Positions 12,292 through 20,404 of a stretch of 64,000 nucleotides of DNA are shown here, one piece after another. The number at the start of each line of letters is the position of its first letter. Within the stretch, counting starts at the first letter, position 1. Both the position numbers and the translations under genes were made by a program. Source of the DNA: Porticoccaceae bacterium (GTDB lineage Bacteria; Pseudomonadota; Gammaproteobacteria; Pseudomonadales; GM7GCV1); contig JAYQPQ010000002.1 of the NCBI GenBank assembly GCA_038145405.1, positions 6,535-70,534 of the forward strand. The letters run 5' to 3'. Under the pieces are notes generated by a model that worked only from the letters and a program-made list of their open reading frames with translations, was not told the DNA's origin and did not search any database.

Positions 12292-12948
12292 ATGGCGCTG
12301 GCACTTTTCGACCTGGACAACACCCTGATTGGCGGTGACAGCGACCATGCCTGGGGTGAATTCCTGGCTACCCAGAGCGCTGTCGATGCGCACCAGTATC
12401 ATCGCCAAAACCAGCTGTTTTTTGAAGATTACCTCGCTGGTCGGCTGGATATCAACGCCTATCTGCGCTTCGCCCTGCAACCGCTCGCTCGCATCGAACC
12501 GTCCGAGTTGCTGCGCCTGCGCGACAAATTCATGCGCGAAGTGATCAGCGAATTCGAACTGCCCAAGGCTCGTCATCTGGTGCGCCAGCACCTGGCCGAG
12601 GGGCACTGCTGTGTCGTCATCACTTCCACCAACCGCTTTGTGGCCGAACCGGTCGCGCGCGCCCTGGGCATAGAGCACGTCATTTGCAGCGAGCCCGAAA
12701 TCAAGGACGGGCGCTACACCGGCGACTATGTCGGTGTGCCCTGTTACCGCGAAGGCAAGATCAGCTGTCTGGCCGACTGGCTCGAAGGTCGCTCAGAAAC
12801 ACTTGAACACAGCTGGTTCTACTCGGATTCCCACAACGACCTGCCGCTGCTGCAGCAAGTGAGCTATCCGGTGGCCGTCGATCCGGACGACCGTCTGCGC
12901 GAAGTCGCCGAGGAAGTGGGCTGGCGCATCATTTCCCTGCGCGACTAG
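12292..12948 (+). CDS. HAD-IB family hydrolase
   Basis: LFDLDNTLIGGDS (motif I), ITSTN (motif II) and YSDSHNDLPLL (motif IV). Confidence 0.8.
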   Translation: MALALFDLDNTLIGGDSDHAWGEFLATQSAVDAHQYHRQNQLFFEDYLAGRLDINAYLRFALQPLARIEPSELLRLRDKFMREVISEFELPKARHLVRQHLAEGHCCVVITSTNRFVAEPVARALGIEHVICSEPEIKDGRYTGDYVGVPCYREGKISCLADWLEGRSETLEHSWFYSDSHNDLPLLQQVSYPVAVDPDDRLREVAEEVGWRIISLRD

Positions 12949-14144
12949 GAACGTCCCAGCACGGCGGCCATACTCGCTGCCAAGCGATCCATCTGTTCTG
13001 CCCTCGCCCCCGCCAGATTAATGCGGCTGGACTCAAGCATGTAGATGCCAAAATCGCGACGCAAGGTGCGCACCTGCTCCAACTCCAACCCCAGCAAGGA
13101 AAACATGCCCTGCTGACCGGCGATGGAATCAAAGCGGCTATTGCCCAGGTGACGTGTCAGCGCGCTGGCCATCAGCCGACGCAGATCGGCTATACGCAGG
13201 CGCATCTGCTCCAATTCGGCAAGCCAGGATTGGCGCAATTGCTGATCAGACAGCACTTCGGCAACCAACCAGGCACCGTGCGCGGGCGGCATGGAATAGA
13301 CCACGCGGCTGATGCTCATGAGGTTGCTCAGCGTGGCACGCGACTGTTCGGCATTACGCGAAATGCTGATCAGCGCGCCGGCGCGATCGCGATACAATCC
13401 AAAATTCTTCGATGCCGAGTAGGCCAACAACATTTCCGGAACCCGTTCGGCCATCATGCGAAAGCCCAGCGCGTCCTCCTCAAAGCCTGCACCCATGCCG
13501 TGATAGGCGGCATCGACAAAGGGCAGCAGATCGCGCTCCAGCACCAAATCGATCACTTCGCGCCACTGATCCAGACTGAGGTCGGCGCCGGTGGGGTTGT
13601 GGCAGCTGCCATGCAGCAGCAGGATATCGCCGGCCGGAATCTGTCGAATCTGCTCGCACATGGCGGCAAAGTCGAGTCTGGACCGGCGGCGATCGTAGTA
13701 GGCGTAGGTTTGCAGCTGCAGGCCGGCAGCCTTGAGCAGCGGTATGTGATTGCCCCAGGTGGGGTCGCTCACCCAGATGCGGGCGTCCTGCCGAATCGAC
13801 TTCAACAGCTCGGCGGCGATACGCAGGGCAGCCGACCCGCCGGTGGTTTGAATGGTGCCGACGCGCTGGTCATGCAGGCTGGGATGCGATTCGCCTAGCG
13901 CCAGACCGGTGACCAGCGCATTAAAACGCGTGTCGCCGACAACACCCAGGTAGGCCTTGGTGGATTCCTGCTCCAACAGGCGTCGCTCGGCCAGTTTGAC
14001 CGCTTGCATAATGGGCGTGTGGCCGGCTTCATCGCAGTACACCCCAACGCTCAGATCAATCTTGTCGGCACGCGTATCGGCGCGAGCGTCCTGCATCATC
14101 TGCAGAATGGGATCGCCGGGTTGAACGGGCAGGTTTTCAAACAT
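12945..14144 (-). CDS. aromatic/aspartate aminotransferase (class I, AspC/TyrB type)
   Basis: MFENLPVQPGDPIL...DLSVGVY...SASKNFGLYRDRAGAL (PLP-lysine region), 399 aa. Confidence 0.9.
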   Translation of the reverse strand: MFENLPVQPGDPILQMMQDARADTRADKIDLSVGVYCDEAGHTPIMQAVKLAERRLLEQESTKAYLGVVGDTRFNALVTGLALGESHPSLHDQRVGTIQTTGGSAALRIAAELLKSIRQDARIWVSDPTWGNHIPLLKAAGLQLQTYAYYDRRRSRLDFAAMCEQIRQIPAGDILLLHGSCHNPTGADLSLDQWREVIDLVLERDLLPFVDAAYHGMGAGFEEDALGFRMMAERVPEMLLAYSASKNFGLYRDRAGALISISRNAEQSRATLSNLMSISRVVYSMPPAHGAWLVAEVLSDQQLRQSWLAELEQMRLRIADLRRLMASALTRHLGNSRFDSIAGQQGMFSLLGLELEQVRTLRRDFGIYMLESSRINLAGARAEQMDRLAASMAAVLGRS

Positions 14145-14158
14145 GGAGCTGTCCTGAA

Positions 14159-15892
14159 CTAAGGTGCGTCAAGGTCTTCAAAGGCCGTCGAATGCAATCG
14201 GGCATAGGCGCCATTCTTGGCCAGCAATTCCTTGTGGGTGCCGGCCTCGATAATCAGACCCTTCTCCATCACCAGAATCAGGTCGGCACGCTCAATGGTA
14301 GAGAGCCGATGCGCAATGACCAGGGTGGTGCGATCGCGCATGACCACTTCCATGGCCTGTTGAATGTGACGCTCCGACTCGGTATCCAGGGCGGCAGTGG
14401 CCTCATCCAGTATCAGGATGGGAGCGTCGCGCAAAATAGCACGGGCAATGGCCAGGCGTTGGCGCTGGCCACCGGACAGCAATACGCCGTTTTCACCCAC
14501 CAGGGTGTCGTAGCCCTGCGGCATTGCTTCGATAAAATCGTGGGCGTGAGCGGCTCGGGCTGCGGCGATAACCGCCTCGCGTGTTGCACCCTCCGTCGCG
14601 CCATAGGCCATGTTGTTGTGCACGCTGTCGTTAAACAGGACGACATCCTGCGACACCATGGCGAACTGCGCGCGAAGGTTGGCCAGGCGATAGGCTTCGA
14701 TGGGCTGACCGTCGAGAGAAATGCCGCCGCTATAGCCGCCATAAAAACGCGGCAGCAGATTGACCAGTGTAGACTTGCCGCTGCCGGATCGACCCACCAG
14801 CGCCACCATCTTGCCCTGCTCAATTTTAAGGTCGATGCCCTTGAGAGCTGGTTCGGACGCGCCGGGGTAGGTAAAGCGCAGCTGGCAAAATTCGAGTTCG
14901 CCGCGCACGCGCTTGACCTGCAGTTGACCCTCATCCGGTTCGCTGGGTGCATCCAGCATTTCAAAGATGGATTCGGCCGCTGCCACGCCCTTCTGAATTT
15001 GCCCATGCACCTCGCTAATCGAGCGCAACGATTTGGGTAACAGCGCTGCGGCGGTGAGGTAGGCAATCAGCACACCGGCCTCATAGTCTTCGCGCATGGT
15101 CAGCACCGCATACATGACTACCGACATGGCGGAAATCACCAGGAACTGCATGACCGGTGAGTTCAGGGCGTTGGTAAACTCAAACTTGAGGGCCTGACGC
15201 AGGTTTTCCTTGCTGGCCTGCATGAAGCGCTGGATCTCGCGCGATTCGCCGCCGTGAATACGCACAACGCGGTAGCCGGTGACGGTCTCCGAGGTGACTC
15301 GTGCGATGTCGCCCATGGCATTCTGAATGCGGCTACTGAGACGACGCATGCGGCGACCCACCCAGTTCACCAGAAAGCCGATCGCCGGTCCGATGCAAAC
15401 AAAGATCAGGGTGAGCTTCCAGTTGTTGTAAAGCAGGTAGGCAAACAGGGCGATCACCGTCATGCCCTCGCGAAACAGCACGGTGATGGCTTTGGTGGCA
15501 GCGTTGGTCACCATGTTCACATTAAAGGTGATTTTCGATACCAGATGCCCGGTATTCTGCCGATCGTAGTAGCTCGAGGGCAGCAACAGCATGTGGTTGA
15601 ACAAGGCGCAACGCAGGTCGTGCACCACCCCCTGGCCGACAAAGCTGATGAAATAGGTGCCGCCAAAACTGCCGAGTCCGCGCACCATAGCAATGACGAC
15701 GCCGGCCAGGGGAACCTGATAAACCAGGTTTTGCGGTCCCCCCTGCAGGGCCTCGACAAAGTATTGCATCAGAGCAGCGAAGGCGGGCTGGGACAAGGCA
15801 AAGAGCAGGTTGCCACCGATGCTGAGGGCGAACAGTCCGCTGTAGGGTTTGACGTAGGTCAGCAGACGCCGATAGGGGCTGGCTGGTTTCAT
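14159..15892 (-). CDS. msbA: ABC exporter, fused permease/ATPase, MsbA-like lipid A flippase
   Basis: 577 aa. Six-TM exporter domain followed by Walker A GRSGSGKST, signature LSGGQRQR and Walker B ILILDEATAALD. Confidence 0.8.
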   Translation of the reverse strand: MKPASPYRRLLTYVKPYSGLFALSIGGNLLFALSQPAFAALMQYFVEALQGGPQNLVYQVPLAGVVIAMVRGLGSFGGTYFISFVGQGVVHDLRCALFNHMLLLPSSYYDRQNTGHLVSKITFNVNMVTNAATKAITVLFREGMTVIALFAYLLYNNWKLTLIFVCIGPAIGFLVNWVGRRMRRLSSRIQNAMGDIARVTSETVTGYRVVRIHGGESREIQRFMQASKENLRQALKFEFTNALNSPVMQFLVISAMSVVMYAVLTMREDYEAGVLIAYLTAAALLPKSLRSISEVHGQIQKGVAAAESIFEMLDAPSEPDEGQLQVKRVRGELEFCQLRFTYPGASEPALKGIDLKIEQGKMVALVGRSGSGKSTLVNLLPRFYGGYSGGISLDGQPIEAYRLANLRAQFAMVSQDVVLFNDSVHNNMAYGATEGATREAVIAAARAAHAHDFIEAMPQGYDTLVGENGVLLSGGQRQRLAIARAILRDAPILILDEATAALDTESERHIQQAMEVVMRDRTTLVIAHRLSTIERADLILVMEKGLIIEAGTHKELLAKNGAYARLHSTAFEDLDAP

Positions 15893-16671
15893 TACCCGGC
15901 TTCCTGAGCGTCGAGCAAATGGGGGGTCACGCGGAAAACCTCTTCAATGGTGGTATCGCCGCGGGCGACTTTCAGTGCGCCCGCATAGCGCAGATGGTGC
16001 CAGCCGCTGCGTACGGCCTCGCTGCGCGCGGCGTCCAAATCGCTTTGATCCTGGATCTGGTTGCGCTGGCGATCGGGAATCAGAAGCTCATAGATGCCCT
16101 GGCGGCCCCGATAGCCGGTGTTGCGGCACTCCAGGCAACCTCCAGCCGCATAAAGCTGTGCCTGCATCGGCAAAGCGTCGCCAACCAGCGAGCACCAGGC
16201 GCCGGCCTCTGCCGGTACCTGCCGACGACAGGCGGTACAAAGCCGGCGAACCAGGCGCACCTTGCGTCGGGTCATCTGTTCGATACTGCTGACCCAGTCG
16301 GTGCGATCCGGCCTGGCCGTCGCAATCACAATGGCTTTGGCTGTGCTCTCCACACAGAGAATCTGATGGCTCTTGGCAAAGCCAAAGCTCATCACTGCGG
16401 TGGTTTTCTCGACGTCGATGGACAGCGGATTAATACTGACAAAGGGAATCGCCAGACGCTCGGCGAGCCATTGGGTGAGCAGGCCTGAACTGAGGCGTCG
16501 ACTTGGTTGGCGGCGATCGACCAAATCCATGCGACTGAGCGCCAGGATGGGATGCTGTTGGGTCGATCCGCCCTGAGCGCGGCGAGCATCTGCCTGGTCG
16601 ATAATGCCTTCCTCAACCAGGTCACGTACCAGGGAACCCAGCGCAATCTTGGTAGTGGTGGATGCCGTCAC
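15892..16671 (-). CDS. GspE/PilB-family secretion ATPase-like ORF retaining only the N-terminal domain and the C-terminal tetracysteine module (no ATPase core)
   Basis: The N-terminal part resembles the T2SS/T4P ATPase N-domain. The C-terminal part has RLVRRLCTACRR...GGCLECRNTGYRGRQGIYELL...TTIEEVFRVT. No Walker A/B, Asp or His boxes. The stop overlaps the msbA ATG (TAATG). Confidence 0.6.
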   Translation of the reverse strand: MTASTTTKIALGSLVRDLVEEGIIDQADARRAQGGSTQQHPILALSRMDLVDRRQPSRRLSSGLLTQWLAERLAIPFVSINPLSIDVEKTTAVMSFGFAKSHQILCVESTAKAIVIATARPDRTDWVSSIEQMTRRKVRLVRRLCTACRRQVPAEAGAWCSLVGDALPMQAQLYAAGGCLECRNTGYRGRQGIYELLIPDRQRNQIQDQSDLDAARSEAVRSGWHHLRYAGALKVARGDTTIEEVFRVTPHLLDAQEAG

Positions 16672-16737
16672 TCAGGAGCCTTTTTGGTGTAGGCTGGCAT
16701 TGTACCCCCTCGATAAAAATACTGGCTATCTGAGCCC

Positions 16738-17889
16738 ATGCCGAAACGACTACCACCGCTCGACCAGATGCTCGACCGCCTGATTGCCCACCCCTCGGTC
16801 AGTTCGACTCAGAAGGAGCTGGATAGCGGCAACCGCGCGGTCATCGATGAACTCGCCAATTGGCTTGGCGATCTGGGATTTCGTATCGATATCCATCCGC
16901 TTTGCGCCGATGGTCAGAAGGCGAATCTGGTAGCGCGTCTTAGTCAGGGCGAAGGCGGGCTGATTTTTTCCGGCCATACCGATACGGTTCCCTGCGACGA
17001 AAACCTCTGGCAGTCCGACCCCTTCCGTGCCACCCGCACGGACGCCGGGTTCCGTGGCCTGGGTGCCACGGATATGAAGGGCTTTTTCGCCGTCGTGCTG
17101 GAGGCGCTGCAGGATATTCCGCTACATCAGTTACAGCAGCCGCTAACCCTGGTGGCTACGGCAGATGAGGAGTCCAGCTTTGCCGGTGCCAAGGCGCTGG
17201 GCGATCTGGATTTGCCGCGCCAGGCTGGCGTCATTATTGGTGAGCCGACCGATATGCGGCCGGTTAATCTGCACAAGGGCATCATGATGGAAGCTATCCG
17301 GGTCACCGGAGTGGCCGGTCACTCTTCCGATCCAAGCCTGGGCATCAATGCACTTGAGGTCATGGGGGAGGTGCTTGGAGAACTGCTGGCCTTTCGTCAG
17401 CAGCTGCAGTCGACCTACCGCCACGAAGGCTTCAGCCTGCCTATGCCGACACTGAACCCGGGTTGCATTCACGGCGGCGACAACCCCAACCGCATTTGCA
17501 GCAAATGTGAAATCCAGTTTGATCTGCGCCTGATTCCGGGAATGCAGCCAGGGGAACTGCAGCAGGCTATCGATGAACGGCTGCTGCCGATTGCCAAGCG
17601 CTGGCAGGTTCCCATCGAGCGTCGCAGCCTGCTCGATCCCGTGCACGCCTTTGAACAGCCCCCTGAATCCGAACTGGTACGTCAGCTATCGGCGCTCACC
17701 GGCCAAGCTCCGCGCGCGGTAGCCTTCGCCACCGAGGCGCCCTTTTACCAGCAGCTCGGCCTGGACACCCTAATCCTGGGTCCCGGTTCCATCAGCCAGG
17801 CGCACCAAGCCAATGAGATGATCTCGCTCGAGCAGATAGAACAGGGCAAAGATATTTATCAGAAAATCATCAGAAAGTTCTGTTTTTAG
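16738..17889 (+). CDS. argE: acetylornithine deacetylase
   Basis: M20 peptidase family; LIAHPSVSS...ANLVARL...LIFSGHTDTVP...GATDMKGF and 383 aa fit ArgE. Confidence 0.9.
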   Translation: MPKRLPPLDQMLDRLIAHPSVSSTQKELDSGNRAVIDELANWLGDLGFRIDIHPLCADGQKANLVARLSQGEGGLIFSGHTDTVPCDENLWQSDPFRATRTDAGFRGLGATDMKGFFAVVLEALQDIPLHQLQQPLTLVATADEESSFAGAKALGDLDLPRQAGVIIGEPTDMRPVNLHKGIMMEAIRVTGVAGHSSDPSLGINALEVMGEVLGELLAFRQQLQSTYRHEGFSLPMPTLNPGCIHGGDNPNRICSKCEIQFDLRLIPGMQPGELQQAIDERLLPIAKRWQVPIERRSLLDPVHAFEQPPESELVRQLSALTGQAPRAVAFATEAPFYQQLGLDTLILGPGSISQAHQANEMISLEQIEQGKDIYQKIIRKFCF

Positions 17890-17912
17890 CTTAGATAACT
17901 CGCATTATTCTC

Positions 17913-17940
17913 TTTTAATAAACACTTTGTTTTATTAAAA
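17913..17940. promoter_or_regulatory. AT-only near-perfect inverted repeat (candidate operator) immediately upstream of argA
   Basis: TTTTAATAAAC-acttt-GTTTTATTAAAA: arms of 11 and 12 nt with one unpaired A. It sits in the 50-bp AT-rich argE-argA spacer. A stem with no G:C pairs makes it an unlikely terminator. Confidence 0.35.
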
Positions 17941-19469
17941 TGCGCATCTCTCCCCGGGAGCGCACCATGGATCACTATCTGGCTCAACTGGAAAATTGGC
18001 GCAAGGCACAGAGCGGCAAGAAGGCCCGCAAGGTGTATATGGCCGAACAGCTGGGCTTACCCAGCGTTACCAACTACACCAATTGGCTGCGTCGAGGCAG
18101 CTTGCCGAAGGCCTACATCGATAAGGCGCGTACCTTTCTCGAGCAGCAGGCTAGTGGTCAGTTTGCCTTCAGCACCCTGGACTCCGGCTTTATCAGCCGG
18201 TTTCGCCATGCCGCGCCCTACATTCAGGCACACCGGGATCGGGTGGTGGTGGTGGCCATGCCAGGCGACGCCTTCGATTCCCCGGTTTTCGATCATCTGA
18301 TTCACGATCTCGCTCTGCTCGCCTGTCTAGGAATCAAGCTGGTGATTGTGCACGGCGCGCGCGCGCAAATTGACGCCAGCCTCGAGCGGGCCGGCCTGGT
18401 GACTCGCATTGTCGAACAGATTCGCGTCACCGAGGATGATCAACTTCCCTTGGTGGTGCAGTCGATTAACGATCTGACCACACGTCTGCTGTCTGCCTTC
18501 AGCACCGGCCTGCCAAATACGCCGCGCTTTGGTGTTCAGCTGTCAGTGATGAGCGGCAATTTCGTTGTTGCCCGCCCCATGGGCGTTCGACATGGCGTCG
18601 ATTTTCAGCACACCGGCGTCGTGCGGCAGATCCAAGCGGATCGCATCCGCTCCGCCATCGACAACGGCAATATTGTTATCGTGCCTTCCCTTGGTTACTC
18701 GCTGACCGGCGAGCTGTTCAATCTGGGTATTCAGGATCTGGTGTCTGAGATCGCTATGACGCTCCGCGCTGACAAGCTCATTTGTTTAACCACGGCACGG
18801 GTGATTGGGCAACTCGAATTGGGCGCCGGCACGGTGATAGATGCCGGCGAACTCGAGCGCATCATGAATCACCTGGAGGAGCCTGCAGCACTGCTGCAGT
18901 CGATCACTCCCAAGGTGCTGGGCAGCGGTTGCCGCTGCCACCTGATTGATTTCAATTCGGATGGCGCATTGCTGCAGGAGCTGTTCACACCCGAGGGCCA
19001 GGGCGTGATGGTAGTGGACGAGGACTATCAGAAATTGCGCAAGGCCAACATTGAAGATATCGGTGGCATTCTGGACTTGATTCGCCCGCTGGAGGATCGC
19101 GGCGTGCTGGTCAAGCGCTCACGCGACCTGATCGAGCGCCACATCGACTATTATATGGTGATCGAGTGCGATGCCATGATCGTGGCCTGTGGCGCCATGA
19201 TTCCCTATAGCACGCATACTGCAGAACTGGCCTGCATCGCCACGCATCCTGGATTCAGCAACCAGGGCCTGGGCCGTCGGCTGGTAGACGCGCTGGTAAG
19301 CATGGCGCGCAAGGGAGGCATGAAACGCGTCTTTACTCTCACCACCGAGGGCGAGCACTGGTTTATTGAGCGCAGCTTTCGCGAAGCCAGTCTGTACGAT
19401 CTGCCCGACGAGAAAAAGCAGGCCTACAACTACCAGCGCAACTCCAAGGTGCTGATTCGCGAAATCTGA
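17940..19469 (+). CDS. argA: amino-acid N-acetyltransferase (N-acetylglutamate synthase) with extra N-terminal HTH-like segment
   Basis: The core from FISRFRHAAPYIQAHRDRVVVVAM to YNYQRNSKVLIREI follows ArgA (amino-acid kinase domain plus GNAT). ATG 17967 (MDHYL...) has the best Shine-Dalgarno (GGGAG, 6-nt spacing). Even the latest possible ATG (18039) leaves about 50 extra residues. Confidence 0.9.
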   Translation: MRISPRERTMDHYLAQLENWRKAQSGKKARKVYMAEQLGLPSVTNYTNWLRRGSLPKAYIDKARTFLEQQASGQFAFSTLDSGFISRFRHAAPYIQAHRDRVVVVAMPGDAFDSPVFDHLIHDLALLACLGIKLVIVHGARAQIDASLERAGLVTRIVEQIRVTEDDQLPLVVQSINDLTTRLLSAFSTGLPNTPRFGVQLSVMSGNFVVARPMGVRHGVDFQHTGVVRQIQADRIRSAIDNGNIVIVPSLGYSLTGELFNLGIQDLVSEIAMTLRADKLICLTTARVIGQLELGAGTVIDAGELERIMNHLEEPAALLQSITPKVLGSGCRCHLIDFNSDGALLQELFTPEGQGVMVVDEDYQKLRKANIEDIGGILDLIRPLEDRGVLVKRSRDLIERHIDYYMVIECDAMIVACGAMIPYSTHTAELACIATHPGFSNQGLGRRLVDALVSMARKGGMKRVFTLTTEGEHWFIERSFREASLYDLPDEKKQAYNYQRNSKVLIREI

Positions 19470-19487
19470 GCCGGGCCTGGCCCGGCT
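19469..19487. terminator. GC hairpin between convergent argA and tonB-like genes (no U-run)
   Basis: AGCCGGGC-ctg-GCCCGGCT: 8-bp stem with no flanking T-run. Confidence 0.3.
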
Positions 19488-19497
19488 AAGTAGCCGG

Positions 19498-20106
19498 CTA
19501 TGCAGTTATCTCAAAGCGAAACTGCTCCTGGTGCCGGGTTTCGACTGGCTGCCCGTTGACTCGACGTGGCTGATATTTGAGCCGTGCCGCAGCGCGCTCG
19601 GTGGCGCTGGCGAAGATCCGGTTAGAGCAGGCTTCGACTACGATGTCGCGGGTGGTGCCAGCTGTGGTCACGATAAAGCTCACCGTGCAGTAACCTTCCA
19701 GCCCTCGCTCCAAGGCGGAAGGCGGGTATTCCGGCTGTACCGCAACGATCATCAGCAGATTGCCATCGCCGGCGCCATTAATCACGGGATCAACCGGATC
19801 TACTGGCTCCGGACCAATCGGTTCGAGGTAACCGCCAGGTTCTTTCGGTTCAGTGAAGGTGGGGCGCGTCGGCGGAGGCAGCACCGGTTCCGGAGTTTGG
19901 AGTTCCTCGTCCAGCGGCGGCGGTAGGGGCGGGGAATCCTGCCAAATATCTACCATGCTAAAGGTTTCTATCGGATCCGGTTCACCCAGGTCTACGCTGA
20001 TCATGGCGTTCAACCCCAGAAACAGCAGGAATACGACTAGACTGGCGAGCGTTGCGGCGGGGAAATAGGGAAAATCAACTCTCGGTTTGAAACTCCTGCT
20101 TGTCAT
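19498..20106 (-). CDS. tonB: TonB-family energy transducer, proline-rich-linker paralog
   Basis: N-terminal TM anchor, Pro-rich linker (PPLPPPLDEELQTPEPVLPPPTRPTFTEPKEP) and TonB C-domain (VQPEYPPSALERGLEGYCTVSFIVTTAGTTRDIVV). ATG 20106 is preceded by AAGGAGGG. Confidence 0.85.
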   Translation of the reverse strand: MTSRSFKPRVDFPYFPAATLASLVVFLLFLGLNAMISVDLGEPDPIETFSMVDIWQDSPPLPPPLDEELQTPEPVLPPPTRPTFTEPKEPGGYLEPIGPEPVDPVDPVINGAGDGNLLMIVAVQPEYPPSALERGLEGYCTVSFIVTTAGTTRDIVVEACSNRIFASATERAAARLKYQPRRVNGQPVETRHQEQFRFEITA

Positions 20107-20355
20107 GCTTCTACCCTCCTTAGTTGTCCGGAGCGAAATGCCTAGCGCCACTCAGTCGGCGGACAAGCTGCGTTGCATACCCGGTCGGTGCTTTTACCTC
20201 AAAGTCACTGCTGAGGAGCAGAGCGCCTTGATTCAAGCTACGCCTCTGCCCTCCTGCTGTCCCAATTGTTAATTTATATTAAGCGCCTACTTTCCCGACT
20301 ATCGTAGCGTCAGCCTGGCGATGCCAGAAATGGGCAGCGACTTTGGCCAGGCCAC

Positions 20356-20386
20356 AAAAAAAGGCCGGTCGGTGACCGGCCTTTTT
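20356..20386. terminator. bidirectional rho-independent terminator ending the TonB2-type operon
   Basis: aaaaaaaGGCCGGTCggtGACCGGCCttttt: 8-bp stem flanked by an A-run and a T-run, directly after the TPR gene stop. Confidence 0.8.
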
Positions 20387-20404
20387 GCGTCCAGCTAATT
20401 TGGT

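Noticed and set aside
20152-20355. Possible Fur box (AATATAAATTAACAATTG, minus strand, about 20268..20290) upstream of the extra tonB
   Set aside because: It is AT-rich and vaguely palindromic but aligns poorly to the GATAATGATAATCATTATC consensus by eye. It is kept only as a note and needs a matrix scan.
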